Below, piece after piece: positions 1 through 9,496 of a stretch of 32,000 bases of DNA (position 1 is its first letter; every line of letters begins with the position of its first letter). The notes below the pieces were generated by a model. It was not told where the DNA came from, did not search any database, and saw only the letters and a list, made by a program, of their open reading frames with translations. The DNA is from Isorropodon fossajaponicum endosymbiont JTNG4 (GTDB lineage: Bacteria > Pseudomonadota > Gammaproteobacteria > PS1 > Pseudothioglobaceae): assembly GCF_016592615.1 (NCBI RefSeq), contig NZ_AP013043.1, positions 210,001-242,000 on the forward strand. The letters are read 5' to 3'. A program made the translations under genes and the position numbers.

Positions 1-18
1 AAACATCAACAACTTTAA

Positions 19-696
19 ATGTTTAAAAAAATATTAATTATTACTGTTGTGGCGACAGCAGTCGCCTTGTCTTTGTATGTCAATTTTGGCAACCATTACA
101 AAGAACTGGCAAAGCAACTTAAAGTTTCTTTTATGCTCTACAACCCTGATAAAGAATTATCATCTTTTTCGTTAATTGATCATAATAATAATAAATTTGA
201 TAACAAAAACTTTAAGGGTAAGTGGACGTTGTTGTCTTTTATTTATACGCATTGTCCAGACGTATGTCCCACTGGATTGGTGGATATGTCAATACTCAAA
301 TCCACGCTTATTAAAAGAAGTGCCAGCATTGTGCCCAATCTTGTCACCATTACTTTTGATCCGATTAGAGATACGCCTAAAGTGTTAAAAACTTATGTCA
401 CTCATTTTGATAAAAGTTTTTTAGGCGTGTCTGGAAATCAAAGTCAGATTAACCAATTGGTGCAAGATTTTGGTGCTTATTATGAACGGGTGGTTTATGC
501 AAAAAATGGCAAGCCAACCATTCTTAAAAATGACGAGCCATTGCCAGAAGGGGTGTTGGAGTCTGGTTATTTGATTAATCATACTGCTTGGATTTATTTA
601 CTCAGTCCGGATGGACAAATTTTTGCTGGCTTTCCATCGCCACACAATCCACTTGAAATGGCAGATGATATTGAACTACTAACTAAAAACTATTAA
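19..696 (+). CDS. SCO1/SenC-family copper chaperone / thiol-disulfide oxidoreductase
   Basis: 225-aa ORF with an N-terminal TM helix. Thioredoxin-fold CxxxC motif 'HCPDVCP' and a downstream conserved His ('INHTAW'), both typical of SCO1/SenC. Confidence 0.85.
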   Translation: MFKKILIITVVATAVALSLYVNFGNHYKELAKQLKVSFMLYNPDKELSSFSLIDHNNNKFDNKNFKGKWTLLSFIYTHCPDVCPTGLVDMSILKSTLIKRSASIVPNLVTITFDPIRDTPKVLKTYVTHFDKSFLGVSGNQSQINQLVQDFGAYYERVVYAKNGKPTILKNDEPLPEGVLESGYLINHTAWIYLLSPDGQIFAGFPSPHNPLEMADDIELLTKNY

Positions 697-802
697 AGAA
701 AATCTTTTGTTAGGGTTTATCTTAAATTACCTCTTTATCAAATCACAATGAGAGCATTGCATTCACCTAGTGTGACTTATAGGGGTACAGAAAATAGTGG
801 AT

Positions 803-843
803 TTTCCACATCCAAAAATTTGACGAGTTTTTGGATGTGGAAA
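803..843. terminator. Perfect 16-bp inverted repeat between convergent SCO1 and miaB, probably a bidirectional terminator
   Basis: tttccacatccaaaaa (803-818), 9-nt loop, tttttggatgtggaaa (828-843). A T-rich tract follows on the + strand. It lies about 60 nt past the miaB stop. Confidence 0.5.
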
Positions 844-901
844 GGTGCTGTTTTATGCTTTTCATAAGTTGTGCTGGGTTAATGCAGTGGTCTCAATATA
901 T

Positions 902-2236
902 TTAGGCAACCAAATCACCCACTAAAGAATTGCCACGACCTTGGGTAATTTTTATATTGACAATTTGACCAATCAGGGATTTGTCACCTTTGAAGTGTGT
1001 ATTACGCATATTTTCTGTACGTCCAAATAAGTGATTTCCTTTTTTGGCTACATTCTCTACCAATACTTTTTGCACACTGCCGACCATTGATTTAGAAATG
1101 TGTTCAGTGTTTTTGTCTATTGCTCTTTGTACTAATGCTAGGCGCTGTTTTTTAACACTCATATCGACATCATCAGGATAACTTGCAGCAGGTGTTCCAG
1201 GGCGAGTAGAATAGATAAAGCTAAATGATTTATCAAAGCCAATTTCATCAATCAGTGCCATGGTGTCAAGAAAATCTTGCTCATTTTCACCTGGAAAACC
1301 GATAATAAAGTCACTTGATATAGAGATATTTGGGCGAATTTTACGTAATTTCCTAATTTTTGATTTATATTCAATGGCCATGTGTCCGCGCTTCATTAAT
1401 CTGAGAATTTTGTCAGAACCGCTTTGAATGGGTAAGTGTAAATGTGAAACCAATTCTGGTACTTCCATGTAAGCCTCAATTAAACTGTCGTTAAATTGAG
1501 TTGGGTGTGAGGTGGTATAGCGAATGCGTTTAATGCCATCAATTTGAGCTACGATGTTAATTAATAGTGCCAAATCAGCCGTCTCTCCATCGTCCATCAA
1601 ACCTTGATAAGCGTTGACATTTTGCCCAAGCAGGTTAACTTCCCTAACACCTTGGCTGGCTAAAATTTTAACTTCATTAATGACATCATCAAACGGGCGT
1701 GATACTTCTTCACCACGTGTATAAGGCACAACACAAAATGTACAATATTTGCTACAGCCTTCCATAATTGAGACAAAAGCGGTAACGGCGTTGGTTTCTG
1801 GCTTTGGCAGATGGTCAAACTTTTCAATTTCTGGAAAAGAGATGTCAATTGATGTTTTAACGCCCATGCCGGGTGAGGGTGTTAAAACCTCGTTGAGCAT
1901 ACTTGGTAATCTATGCAAGGTTTGTGGACCAAAAATAATATCCACATAAGGGGCACGTTTGAGAATTAACCCACCTTCTTGTGAGGCAACACAGCCACCC
2001 ACACCAATGATTAAATTAGGATTTTTATCTTTTAATTTGCGCCAACGACCAAGTTGATGGAATAGTTTTTCTTGGGCTTTTTCACGAATTGAGCAAGTAT
2101 TAAGCAGTAGTACGTCAGCACTAGTTACATCATCAGTTAGCGCCAAACCATGGGAATGTTTAAGCACATCAGCTATTTTATTAGAATCGTATTCATTCAT
2201 CTGACATCCAAAAGTACGAATGTATAATTTTTGCAT
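902..2236 (-). CDS. miaB: tRNA (i6A37) methylthiotransferase MiaB
   Basis: 444 aa. N-terminal '[11 protein letters not shown]' domain, radical-SAM CxxxCxxC motif '[11 protein letters not shown]' and a C-terminal TRAM-like domain. Confidence 0.95.
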   Translation of the reverse strand: MQKLYIRTFGCQMNEYDSNKIADVLKHSHGLALTDDVTSADVLLLNTCSIREKAQEKLFHQLGRWRKLKDKNPNLIIGVGGCVASQEGGLILKRAPYVDIIFGPQTLHRLPSMLNEVLTPSPGMGVKTSIDISFPEIEKFDHLPKPETNAVTAFVSIMEGCSKYCTFCVVPYTRGEEVSRPFDDVINEVKILASQGVREVNLLGQNVNAYQGLMDDGETADLALLINIVAQIDGIKRIRYTTSHPTQFNDSLIEAYMEVPELVSHLHLPIQSGSDKILRLMKRGHMAIEYKSKIRKLRKIRPNISISSDFIIGFPGENEQDFLDTMALIDEIGFDKSFSFIYSTRPGTPAASYPDDVDMSVKKQRLALVQRAIDKNTEHISKSMVGSVQKVLVENVAKKGNHLFGRTENMRNTHFKGDKSLIGQIVNIKITQGRGNSLVGDLVA

Positions 2237-2242
2237 AAATTT

Positions 2243-3268
2243 TTATTTCTGAATGTACAAGGTTTGAGTAGGGTAGGCAATCTCAGCGTTGTGTTTGGTA
2301 ATAATTTGTGCAATGCTTAACAGGATGTTCTCTTTTACTTTCTGATAGATGGTTTTATTAACGGTATTGGTAAAGGCATACACATTGAAATCAAGTGAGG
2401 AGGCATTAAAATGATTAAAATAAACCCTTAGTGATTGAGAATGGTCAATATCTGTATGGTTTTTGAGCATCTGTTCTATTTCGCTCATAATGATAGGAAG
2501 TTGTTCAATGTCATCATAGCGAATGCCAATCACTTCTTTAATACGACGATTAGTCATACGTGATGGTGTTTCAATGGGAATGGTGGCAAAAATTGAATTG
2601 GGAATATAAACAGGATTTTTGCTAAAAGTGCGGATGCGTGTCATACGCCAGCCAATTTTTTCAACCGTGCCTTCAAATTTATCAGAGCGAATCCAATCGC
2701 CTGTTGAAAAAGGCTTGTCCATTTGAATCATTAATCCACCAAAAATATTTGACAACATGTCTTTAGCAGCAAAACCCATCACAATGCCGCCAACACCACC
2801 AAACGTAAGCAAGCCAGAGACTGAAAAACCCAAGTACTGTGCCACACCTATGGCAAAGGCAATGATAATTAAAATTCTAGTCAACCTTGAAAATAACCTG
2901 ACTGAATCGTTATCAATTTGAGTGTCTTTTTCAATTAAGTAAGCCTCAATGCCTGATACCATTCGAACAACACCCCAAGTAATGATAATGATGGGCATGA
3001 TATCAATATAAGTAATAACACTAGCTAAGATTTTGACTTGCTCTTTAAACATGCTAATTGATAAAAATATTAAACCAAACCAAATTAACACTTTAAGTGG
3101 TGATGATACTGCTTTGATTAAATGTTCGTCTAGTTGGTTTTTCGTTTTGCTGGTATGTTTAGCAATGCTGTTTAAAATAAAGCCAAGTGTTAGGTGCGCA
3201 GTGAACGCAACAACGAATAAAGCACCAATGGACTGATAGGGTGTTATGTTTTGTAAAAAGTCATTCAT
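2243..3268 (-). CDS. MscS-family mechanosensitive ion channel
   Basis: 341 aa. Several N-terminal TM helices are followed by the conserved MscS core 'FGGLMIQMDKPFSTGDWI'. It ends 6 nt upstream of the miaB start. Confidence 0.85.
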   Translation of the reverse strand: MNDFLQNITPYQSIGALFVVAFTAHLTLGFILNSIAKHTSKTKNQLDEHLIKAVSSPLKVLIWFGLIFLSISMFKEQVKILASVITYIDIMPIIIITWGVVRMVSGIEAYLIEKDTQIDNDSVRLFSRLTRILIIIAFAIGVAQYLGFSVSGLLTFGGVGGIVMGFAAKDMLSNIFGGLMIQMDKPFSTGDWIRSDKFEGTVEKIGWRMTRIRTFSKNPVYIPNSIFATIPIETPSRMTNRRIKEVIGIRYDDIEQLPIIMSEIEQMLKNHTDIDHSQSLRVYFNHFNASSLDFNVYAFTNTVNKTIYQKVKENILLSIAQIITKHNAEIAYPTQTLYIQK

Positions 3269-3297
3269 GAGTTTTATTTTAACTAACTTTTGGCTTG

Positions 3298-3834
3298 TTA
3301 TTTCAGATACTTAATCGGGTTAATCGGTTGTTTAAACTTTTTCATTTCAAAGTAAAACGGTATTTTGTTGGTGATGGCAATTATTTGTCCTTTGGTAACA
3401 GTATCACCATTTTCCACTATTAAGTCTTTATTTTGTGTATATGAGCTGTAAAAACCAAATGGGTGGCGAATGATAATCATTTTGCCATGGCTTTTCATTT
3501 TATTACCAACATATACCACTTCACCATCACGAATAGCACGTACATTCTGCCCGATTTTAGTGTCAAAAGTTAAGCCCAAATGTTTGTTTTTTGTTGAGAA
3601 GGTTTTACTGATGTTGCCTTTAACTGGAATAGACCATCTGTTGGTTTTTTTGTTTATCTTTTTAGTAGTTTTTTCTTTTCTTTTCTTGGTGTTGGACGAA
3701 TTGTTGGTCAATTTTTGTTGACTAATATTTTGCAAGTTGATGGATTTTTCGACAATAATAACTTCTTGTTGAGAAGAAAAGCAACCTGTCATTAATAGCA
3801 AAATAAACTCAAGGGCTAAAAATTTAACTGGCAT
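3298..3834 (-). CDS. NlpD-like lipoprotein with a degenerate LytM (M23) domain
   Basis: 178 aa with lipobox 'LMTGC'. The C-terminal LytM fold reads 'IRDGEVVYVG...GKMIIIRH...YSSY...VENGDTVTKGQIIA...FYFEM...INPIKYL'. The HxxxD and HxH metal ligands appear substituted, as in NlpD/EnvC-type amidase activators. Confidence 0.7.
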   Translation of the reverse strand: MPVKFLALEFILLLMTGCFSSQQEVIIVEKSINLQNISQQKLTNNSSNTKKRKEKTTKKINKKTNRWSIPVKGNISKTFSTKNKHLGLTFDTKIGQNVRAIRDGEVVYVGNKMKSHGKMIIIRHPFGFYSSYTQNKDLIVENGDTVTKGQIIAITNKIPFYFEMKKFKQPINPIKYLK

Positions 3835-4396
3835 ACCAAATACCTAGTGCAATAATCAAAATTAGAACATAGCCCAAACGGTCAATATATTTTTGTAGCC
3901 ACTGATCACATTGTTGACCATAAGCCTTGACTAATAAGGCGACTAAATAATACCTAGCTGCGCGTGCAATGAGTGACATAATAATAAATGGCAATAATGC
4001 CATGGACATAGTGCCAGCAGTAATGGTGGTCAGTTTGTATGGAATAGGACTAAATGCTGCAATACCAACTACCCAGATGCCATAAGTATCAAAAAATGTT
4101 TTAATGTGTGCGACTGATTCTGGCTTAATGAGTTCAAAGCCCAATAAAAATTGCAACAACACTTCGCCTAGAAAATAACCAGCCAAGCCACCAAGCACTG
4201 AAAAAATAGTACAAATAAAAGCAAAATAGTAGGCTTTGTCAGGGTGTTTGAGCACCATGGGTGCTAATATTACATCAGGCGGTGGGTAAGGTAAAATACT
4301 GGATTCCAAAAAACTAATCACTGATAAATAATAAATAGCATATCTGCTTTCAGTCCAGTTAAGAATTCTTAAATAAATTTGAGAAAATATATCCAT
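3824..4396 (-). CDS. DedA/YqaA-family inner-membrane protein
   Basis: 190-aa polytopic membrane ORF with a 'FLESSILPYPPPDVILAPM' motif characteristic of the DedA/SNARE-associated family. It overlaps the downstream gene by 11 nt. Confidence 0.7.
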   Translation of the reverse strand: MDIFSQIYLRILNWTESRYAIYYLSVISFLESSILPYPPPDVILAPMVLKHPDKAYYFAFICTIFSVLGGLAGYFLGEVLLQFLLGFELIKPESVAHIKTFFDTYGIWVVGIAAFSPIPYKLTTITAGTMSMALLPFIIMSLIARAARYYLVALLVKAYGQQCDQWLQKYIDRLGYVLILIIALGIWYAS

Positions 4397-4397
4397 G

Positions 4398-5321
4398 TTA
4401 TTTTTTACTTGACTTAGTTTCTGCGTCTTGCCTGAGCATTGGAAAACCTAAAGCTTGACGTGAATCATGGTAAGTTTGTGCCACTTTTTGACTCATGGCA
4501 CGTACTTTGCGAATAAACCGTGCACGACCTGTCACACTAATAGCATGGCGCGCATCAAGTAAATTAAATAAGTGTGACGCTTTTATTACTTGTTCATAAG
4601 CAGGGTAAGGCAACGATGCTTTAATTAATTTTTCATGCATGGCTTCTGCCTCATCAAATTGTCTGGATAGTACCTTAGTATTGGCAATTTCAAAGTTATA
4701 TTTTGATTGTTCAACTTCATTTTGATGGAACACATCAAAATAACTAACGCCCTCAACCCAAACCAAGTCAAACACACTATCAACACCTTGTAAGTACATG
4801 GCTAAACGTTCTAAGCCGTAAGTAAGCTCGCCCGATACAGGTTTGCAAGCCAAACCACCCATTTGTTGAAAATAGGTAAATTGAGAAACTTCCATGCCAT
4901 TTAACCAAACTTCCCAGCCCAAGCCCCAAGCCCCTAAAGTTGGCGATTCCCAGTTGTCTTCCACAAAGCGTACATCATGTTTGGTTAAATCAATACCAAT
5001 CTCAGTTAAAGATTCTAAATACAAATCTTGAATGTCAATGGGTGAAGGCTTTAGCAATACCTGGAACTGATAATAGTGTTGTAAACGGTTTGGATTTTCA
5101 CCATAGCGACCATCAGTGGGACGACGAGAAGGTTGTACATAAGCTACTTTCCAAGGCTCAGGACCGATAGCCCTTAGAAACGTAGCAGGGTGAAAGGTGC
5201 CGGCACCTATTTCCATATCAAAGGGCTGTAATAAAGCACATCCCTTTGAAGCCCAAAAAGTTTGTAATTTTAAGATTAAATTTTGGAATGAGGCGCAGGC
5301 ATCTAAGTCTGAAATTGACAT
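4398..5321 (-). CDS. glyQ: Glycine--tRNA ligase alpha subunit
   Basis: 307 aa, collinear with GlyQ ('[10 protein letters not shown]...[26 protein letters not shown]'). Confidence 0.95.
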   Translation of the reverse strand: MSISDLDACASFQNLILKLQTFWASKGCALLQPFDMEIGAGTFHPATFLRAIGPEPWKVAYVQPSRRPTDGRYGENPNRLQHYYQFQVLLKPSPIDIQDLYLESLTEIGIDLTKHDVRFVEDNWESPTLGAWGLGWEVWLNGMEVSQFTYFQQMGGLACKPVSGELTYGLERLAMYLQGVDSVFDLVWVEGVSYFDVFHQNEVEQSKYNFEIANTKVLSRQFDEAEAMHEKLIKASLPYPAYEQVIKASHLFNLLDARHAISVTGRARFIRKVRAMSQKVAQTYHDSRQALGFPMLRQDAETKSSKK

Positions 5322-5419
5322 ACTAATTCAACAGAAAAATAACAAAAATTTTACCGCAAATTGCCATAAAAAAGTCTTGTATCAAAGTGTTTTTTTGAGT
5401 GTTTTTTTGACATTAATAC

Positions 5420-6817
5420 TTAATACCTATAGCTTTCAGGCTTGAATGGGCCATTTTTAGGGACGTTAATGTAGTTAGCTTGAGTAGTTGTCATAACTGT
5501 AAGTACACCACCAAAACCACTCACCATGCCTGAGGCCACTTCCTCGTCTAACTTTTTAGGCAGCACTTCAACATAAATATTACCACCTTTGTCGGCAAAT
5601 TTTGCATCAAATAAGTGCATTTGTGCCAAGACTTGATTGGCAAATGAGCCATCCATAATACGGCTTGGGTGTCCTGTTGCATTGCCTAAGTTAACTAGGC
5701 GACCTTCGGATAATAAAATTAAATAGTCATTTTTATTATCTGTTCTAAAGATGCGATGAACTTGAGGCTTTACTTCGTCCCAGCGCCAATTATCACGCAT
5801 ATATTGCGTGTCAATTTCATTGTCAAAATGCCCAATATTGCAAACTACTGAGCCTGATTTAAGAGTTTGTAGCATGGCATTATCACAAACATTAATATTG
5901 CCTGTGGTAGTGACGATTAAATCAGTTGTACTTAGCAAGTCTGAATTAATACAATTAATTGAACTTGTATTGATGCCGTTGATATAAGGAGAAACAATTT
6001 CAAAACCATCCATACAAGCTTGCATTGCACAAATTGGGTCAATTTCACTGATTTTAACAATCATGCCTTCTTGGCGTAATGATTGCGCAGAGCCTTTGCC
6101 AACATCACCATAGCCAATCACCAATGCTTTTTTACCCGACATGAGCATGTCAGTACCACGCTTAATGGCGTCATTTAGCGAGTGGCGACAGCCGTATTTA
6201 TTGTCATTTTTTGATTTGGTAACGGAGTCATTTACATTGATAGCAGGCACTTTAAGTGAGCCTTCTTCCATCATTTCTAATAAGCGATGAACGCCTGTTG
6301 TGGTTTCCTCAGAGATGCCGTGAATGTTGGTCAACATGTCTGAATATTTCTCGTGTAGCATTTGGGTTAAATCACCACCATCATCAAGCACCATGTTGGC
6401 TGCCCAAGGTTTACCATTTTCTAAAATAGTTTGTTCAATGCACCATAGAAATTCCTCTTCAGTTTCACCTTTCCAAGCAAAAGTTGGAATATTGGCTGCT
6501 ACCATAGCACTAGCGGCGTGGTTTTGGGTAGAAAAGATATTGCAACTTGACCAACGTACTTGTGCACCTAAATCAATCAATGTTTCCATTAAAACAGCAG
6601 TTTGAATGGTCATGTGAATACAGCCAAGAATTTTGGCATCTTTTAAAGGCTGTGTGCCTTGATATTTTTCCCTAAGTGCCATTAGTGCTGGCATTTCCGC
6701 TTCTGCAAGTTCTATTTCTTTACGGCCATAATCGGCCAGTGCCATATCAGCGACTTTGTAATCTTGATTATTTAAGGTTGGGTTGTCCGTCTGGATTGTT
6801 ATGTGTTGCTTACTCAT
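5420..6817 (-). CDS. ahcY: Adenosylhomocysteinase
   Basis: 465 aa, full-length match to the AhcY pattern. NAD-binding '[12 protein letters not shown]' and N-terminal '[27 protein letters not shown]'. Confidence 0.95.
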   Translation of the reverse strand: MSKQHITIQTDNPTLNNQDYKVADMALADYGRKEIELAEAEMPALMALREKYQGTQPLKDAKILGCIHMTIQTAVLMETLIDLGAQVRWSSCNIFSTQNHAASAMVAANIPTFAWKGETEEEFLWCIEQTILENGKPWAANMVLDDGGDLTQMLHEKYSDMLTNIHGISEETTTGVHRLLEMMEEGSLKVPAINVNDSVTKSKNDNKYGCRHSLNDAIKRGTDMLMSGKKALVIGYGDVGKGSAQSLRQEGMIVKISEIDPICAMQACMDGFEIVSPYINGINTSSINCINSDLLSTTDLIVTTTGNINVCDNAMLQTLKSGSVVCNIGHFDNEIDTQYMRDNWRWDEVKPQVHRIFRTDNKNDYLILLSEGRLVNLGNATGHPSRIMDGSFANQVLAQMHLFDAKFADKGGNIYVEVLPKKLDEEVASGMVSGFGGVLTVMTTTQANYINVPKNGPFKPESYRY

Positions 6818-6847
6818 TTTTTGTTCTCCTGAAAGAGTTTAAAAAAT

Positions 6848-6909
6848 GAGCGTCGTTTTGATTTACCAAGCCTGATTGAAAGGGATTTTTCAATGCAACG
6901 CTCCTTGGC
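6848..6909 (-). promoter_or_regulatory. SAH riboswitch in the ahcY 5' leader
   Basis: Minus-strand RNA is GCCAAGGAGCGUUGCAUUGAAAAAUCCCUUUCAAUCAGGCUUGGUAAAUCAAAACGACGCUCA. P1 pairs CCAAG with CUUGG. A hairpin pairs AUUGAAA with UUUCAAU. A pseudoknot pairs GAGCGUUG with CGACGCUC. The conserved blocks AGGAGCG, CAGGCU and AACGNCGCUCA fit the published SAH-riboswitch consensus, and the ahcY context is the canonical one. Confidence 0.8.
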
Positions 6910-6918
6910 ATGTTGGTT

Positions 6919-6927
6919 ATTATACCA
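6919..6927 (-). promoter_or_regulatory. Extended -10 promoter element for the ahcY leader
   Basis: Minus strand reads TGGTATAAT (TGnTATAAT). The predicted transcription start is a few nt upstream of the riboswitch P1. The -35 is weak and lies inside the metK 3' end. Confidence 0.45.
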
Positions 6928-6936
6928 ACTAATGAT

Positions 6937-8070
6937 TTATTTTAGTAAATGGGTGCGGTCGGTTTTTTCCCAACTAATGTCATCTTCTGTACGTCCAAAG
7001 TGACCATAACTGGCAGTTTTTTGATAAATAGGGCGTTTAAGGTCAAGCATTGCAATTAAGCCTTTAGGACGTAAGTCAAAGTGTTCGTGTATTAAACTCT
7101 CAATTGCTTGGTTGCTGATTTTGCCTGTACCAAAGGTTTCCACATTAATTGAGGTAGGTTCTGCTACACCAATGGCATAGGAAACTTGAATCTCACACCT
7201 ATCGGCTAAGCCAGCAGCAACAATGTTTTTAGCTACATAACGCGTTGCATATGCTGCAGAACGGTCAACCTTTGATGGGTCTTTGCCAGAAAATGCACCG
7301 CCACCATGGCGAGCCATACCGCCATAAGTGTCAACAATAATTTTACGACCTGTAAGTCCTGTATCACCTACTGGACCACCAATGACAAAATGGCCTGTTG
7401 GATTGATGTGGTATTGGGTTTTATCACTTAGCCATTCACTAGGTAATACGGGCTTTATGACCTTTTCTAAGACGGCTTCTCGCAAATCTGTAAGCGCAAT
7501 ATCACTATCATGTTGGGTTGATAAAACAACAGCATCAATACCTTTAATTGTATGACCATCATAAACCATGGACACTTGGGATTTTGCATCAGGGCGCAAC
7601 CAAGACAATGTGCCATCTTTCATTAGCTTTGCTTGACGTGCAACCAAAAGGTGTGCATATAAAATAGGTGCCGGCATCAATACATCAGTGGCATTGCAAG
7701 CATAACCAAACATTAAACCTTGGTCGCCTGCACCTTGCTCATGATTAGATAATTCATCAACGCCCAAGGCAATATCTTGAGATTGTTCACCGAGTAAATT
7801 AGTAATGTCGCAAGTGTGACCATTAAAGCCGTATTCTTCGCAATTGTAACCAATATCAATAATGGTGTTACGCACGATTTTTTCATAATCAATATTAGCG
7901 CCTGTGGTAATTTCACCTGCCAGTACAACATGATTGTCTTTAACTAAAGTTTCAACAGCAACACGTGAATTTTTATCTTGTATCAATGCTGCATCTAAGA
8001 TGGCATCAGAAATTTGATCACAAACCTTATCAGGGTGGCCAGCAGAGACAGATTCAGAAGTGAATATCAT
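6937..8070 (-). CDS. metK: S-adenosylmethionine synthase
   Basis: 377 aa with the MetK signatures '[12 protein letters not shown]' and '[16 protein letters not shown]'. Confidence 0.95.
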   Translation of the reverse strand: MIFTSESVSAGHPDKVCDQISDAILDAALIQDKNSRVAVETLVKDNHVVLAGEITTGANIDYEKIVRNTIIDIGYNCEEYGFNGHTCDITNLLGEQSQDIALGVDELSNHEQGAGDQGLMFGYACNATDVLMPAPILYAHLLVARQAKLMKDGTLSWLRPDAKSQVSMVYDGHTIKGIDAVVLSTQHDSDIALTDLREAVLEKVIKPVLPSEWLSDKTQYHINPTGHFVIGGPVGDTGLTGRKIIVDTYGGMARHGGGAFSGKDPSKVDRSAAYATRYVAKNIVAAGLADRCEIQVSYAIGVAEPTSINVETFGTGKISNQAIESLIHEHFDLRPKGLIAMLDLKRPIYQKTASYGHFGRTEDDISWEKTDRTHLLK

Positions 8071-8086
8071 TTTTTATTCTCCTTGT

Positions 8087-8114
8087 AAAACAAAAAACCC
8101 TTAAAGTGGGTTTT
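8087..8114 (-). terminator. Intrinsic-terminator-like hairpin inside the metK leader (candidate attenuator)
   Basis: Minus-strand AAAACCC-ACUUUAA-GGGUUUU followed by UUGUUUU. It ends about 10 nt upstream of the metK SD (AAGGAG) and lies downstream of the predicted metK promoter. Confidence 0.45.
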
Positions 8115-8202
8115 CAATAAAGAAGAACACCTACTTTAGCTTGTTTTAGCTACCTTTTGGGTAACAACGCTAGCAATCGGGGCAAATCAGCGTGTGATTG
8201 GA

Positions 8203-8211
8203 ATTATAGCA
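8203..8211 (-). promoter_or_regulatory. Extended -10 promoter element for metK
   Basis: Minus strand reads TGCTATAAT (TGnTATAAT), 12 nt downstream of the ccmB stop. It predicts a leader of about 125 nt. Confidence 0.45.
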
Positions 8212-8222
8212 CAAGTGACGGA

Positions 8223-8888
8223 TTATTCTAAACTTATCTCTAAGGCAATACTACTGATAAAAGGTGCACTCATTAAACTTATCATGAGAATTGTGGCTAA
8301 AAAATACAATTGACCGGTAATCTCTAAGCCAAATTGTGCTTGAGATACCGCACTTGAAGCAAAAATAAGAATAGGAATATATAAAGGTAGTATCAGCAAA
8401 GATAATAACATGCCAGAATTTTTAATACCAACAATCAGTGAGGCGCCTATAGCACCAATAAGACTTAGGCTTGGCGTGGCTAGTAATAACGTTATCATTA
8501 ACACCCAAATACCATCGTCATCAAGAAATAAAAACAACCCCAATAAAGGCGATAGTAAAATAATAGGAATGCCGGTTAAAATCCAATGAGCGGTAATTTT
8601 TGACAAAATAAGCAAAGGTAATGAATGGTGAGAAATCACCATTTGTTCTAAAACGCCATTTTCAAAATCGTGATGGAATAAAGCATTCAGTGAGAGTAGC
8701 ACTGAGAGCATTGAAGCAACCCAAATAATACCCGCTGCAATTTGAGCGATCGTGGTGGCTTCAGGACTGATGGCTAAGGGAAATAGTGATACTGATATTA
8801 TAAAAAATAACAGCGGATTTAGTATGCTAGAAGGGTTACGAATAGCAATACGCAAGTCACGCTTTAAGGCTTTAAGGTAAATATTCAC
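8223..8888 (-). CDS. ccmB: Heme exporter permease CcmB
   Basis: 221-aa six-TM protein of the CcmB pattern. It overlaps ccmA by 4 nt. Confidence 0.88.
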   Translation of the reverse strand: MNIYLKALKRDLRIAIRNPSSILNPLLFFIISVSLFPLAISPEATTIAQIAAGIIWVASMLSVLLSLNALFHHDFENGVLEQMVISHHSLPLLILSKITAHWILTGIPIILLSPLLGLFLFLDDDGIWVLMITLLLATPSLSLIGAIGASLIVGIKNSGMLLSLLILPLYIPILIFASSAVSQAQFGLEITGQLYFLATILMISLMSAPFISSIALEISLE

Positions 8889-9487
8889 AGTGCTAACATC
8901 TTTTGATTAAGCAGGGCTGAACTTTGATGTGTAGTAAATAGGCACAAACCACCTTGTGCACAGTGTTTGTTAATGCTACTTTCAATGATGGCTACACCAT
9001 CAGGGTCAAGTGCAGTAAAAGGCTCATCTAGTAGCCAAACTTTAGCGTTGGAGATAAATAATCCTGCTAAGATAACACGACGCTTTTGTCCTGCTGATAG
9101 TTTGGCACAGTATTCATCTTCATAACCTTTTAGACCGATGCTTCTTAATGCTTTAATTAAGTGCGCTTGGTTGGTGGATTTATTGAGTCCAGTCAAAAAT
9201 TCAAGATTTTCAAGCGCACTTAATTCTCCACTAAGTGCTGATAAGTGACCTAAATAAAAAATTTCCTCTTGGTAGGCTTCTGATTTGACTGCATGATTGT
9301 CTAAAAAAACGTCACCCTGTTCTTGTGCGTCAAGGCCTGCTAAAATTTTGAGTAGTGAAGTTTTACCGCTACCATTGGTGCCAGTAATGCGTAAAATGTC
9401 ACCTGAGTTGACCTCGAAAGAAAGATGGTTGAATAAAAGGTTGTAGCCTTTTTGACAACTAAGATTATCTATTTTTAACATAACCAA
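8885..9487 (-). CDS. ccmA: Cytochrome c biogenesis ABC ATPase CcmA
   Basis: 200 aa. Walker A 'GTNGSGKTS', ABC signature 'LSAGQKRR' and Walker B 'VWLLDEP'. It is paired with ccmB. Confidence 0.88.
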   Translation of the reverse strand: MVMLKIDNLSCQKGYNLLFNHLSFEVNSGDILRITGTNGSGKTSLLKILAGLDAQEQGDVFLDNHAVKSEAYQEEIFYLGHLSALSGELSALENLEFLTGLNKSTNQAHLIKALRSIGLKGYEDEYCAKLSAGQKRRVILAGLFISNAKVWLLDEPFTALDPDGVAIIESSINKHCAQGGLCLFTTHQSSALLNQKMLAL

Positions 9488-9496
9488 AGATTATAT

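Noticed and set aside
749-868. 39-codon ORF ('MRALHSPSVTYRGTENSGFSTSKNLTSFWMWKGAVLCFS') in the SCO1-miaB intergenic region.
   Set aside because: It has no SD. It is bisected by the 16-bp terminator hairpin, which explains the sequence better.
8130-8193. Assignment of the metK leader to the SAM-II/SAM-V class, based on the 'GAUUUG', 'UUGCU' and 'AGCUAAA' strings.
   Set aside because: I could not draw the defining H-type pseudoknot, in which the 3' AAAGCU pairs with a loop GGCUU. The similarity is limited to short A/U-rich strings. I kept it only as an unclassified candidate.
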